A stretch of DNA of 62,237 bases, counting the filler. It is 4 parts of 4 records of this genome, joined end to end, with 100 filler letters (N's around TTAATTAATTAA, not from the genome) between each part and the next. Parts side by side here need not be neighbours in the genome. Positions count along the whole stretch, not along the records: positions 57,109 to 62,237 come from DRR723986_6743; 3 more parts are not named here. One strand, 5' to 3'. The stretch's first letter is position 1; every line of letters starts with the position of its first letter. Below, in pieces: positions 61,974 to 62,237 of the stretch. Made by a program: the position numbers and the translations under genes. The notes under the pieces were generated by a model. It had not been told where the DNA came from and ran no database searches. It was given only the letters and a program-made list of their open reading frames with translations.

Positions 61974-62040
61974 AATAATACCACATCACTAACCTTTTGA
62001 TAATGAAGTAAAATACAAAACAGAACGCAGAAACTATCTG

Positions 62041-62068
62041 TTGACCTCCCCCCGGAAATCGTTAGAAC
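62041..62068 (+). promoter_or_regulatory. Putative sigma70 promoter of rplM
   Basis: TTGACC-N16-TAGAAC with an A-rich UP-element-like tract upstream. Confidence 0.6.
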
Positions 62069-62158
62069 ACGCCCATCCGACGGGGGGCCTTCGCCCCTCG
62101 TTTGTTCTTGAGATGATCCGGGGGCCGCATCGGCCCCGGCCCCGCAAGGAAAAGACAG

Positions 62159-62237
62159 ATGAAAACCTTCACCGCTACCCCGGCGGATATCGACAAGCAG
62201 TGGATCCTGATCGACGCCGAGGGCGTTGTTCTGGGCC
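62159..62237 (+). CDS. rplM: 50S ribosomal protein L13 (3'-truncated; absent from the ORF track)
   Basis: [34 protein letters not shown]. Confidence 0.96.
   Translation, partial: MKTFTATPADIDKQWILIDAEGVVLG

Overview
The window is not one locus. It is four unrelated contig fragments joined by 100-nt artificial linkers (N44-TTAATTAATTAA-N44) at 27392-27491, 47762-47861 and 57009-57108. Contig 1 (1-27391) is high-GC and alphaproteobacterial (Hyphomonas/Caulobacterales-like by inference). It carries a cysteine-less OxyR-like LysR regulator, an ahcY-purU-metK operon with a SahR-like operator, and a lipoprotein S8 protease/autotransporter followed by a small lipoprotein. It also carries an rmlC-B-D-A operon ending in an uncharacterised wHTH + Pol-beta-type nucleotidyltransferase gene, glmS, cysD-cysNC-manC, a Baeyer-Villiger monooxygenase, a thiolase-like protein, an orphan acidic-domain/membrane fusion, gpsA, a crotonase and a truncated TPP-dependent E1/transketolase-like gene. 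Contig 2 (27492-47761) is lower-GC and Bacteroidota/FCB-like. It encodes a fatty-acid desaturase, an M48 peptidase, a PD40 lipoprotein, a PAS histidine kinase with a response regulator, and a truncated secreted protein of more than 4400 aa made of a beta-helix, six modules of exactly six FG-GAP repeats each, and Ig/PKD-like domains. Contig 3 (47862-57008) is Rhodobacteraceae-like: formate dehydrogenase alpha subunit, rpiB, cyclase, TetR, a single-chain biotin carboxylase, a thioesterase and the 3' end of a Gly/acidic low-complexity protein. Contig 4 (57109-62237) is Rhodobacteraceae-like: plsX-rpmF-yceD, bamE, an OlsB-like GNAT, a DUF1127/MocR divergent pair with a candidate 3'UTR sRNA, and the start of rplM. 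I saw no tRNA, rRNA, CRISPR array or mobile element. The best candidates for undescribed biology are the rml-linked nucleotidyltransferase, the 6x6 FG-GAP giant protein and the orphan acidic-domain/membrane fusion. All family assignments come from motif recognition by eye; no database searches were run.
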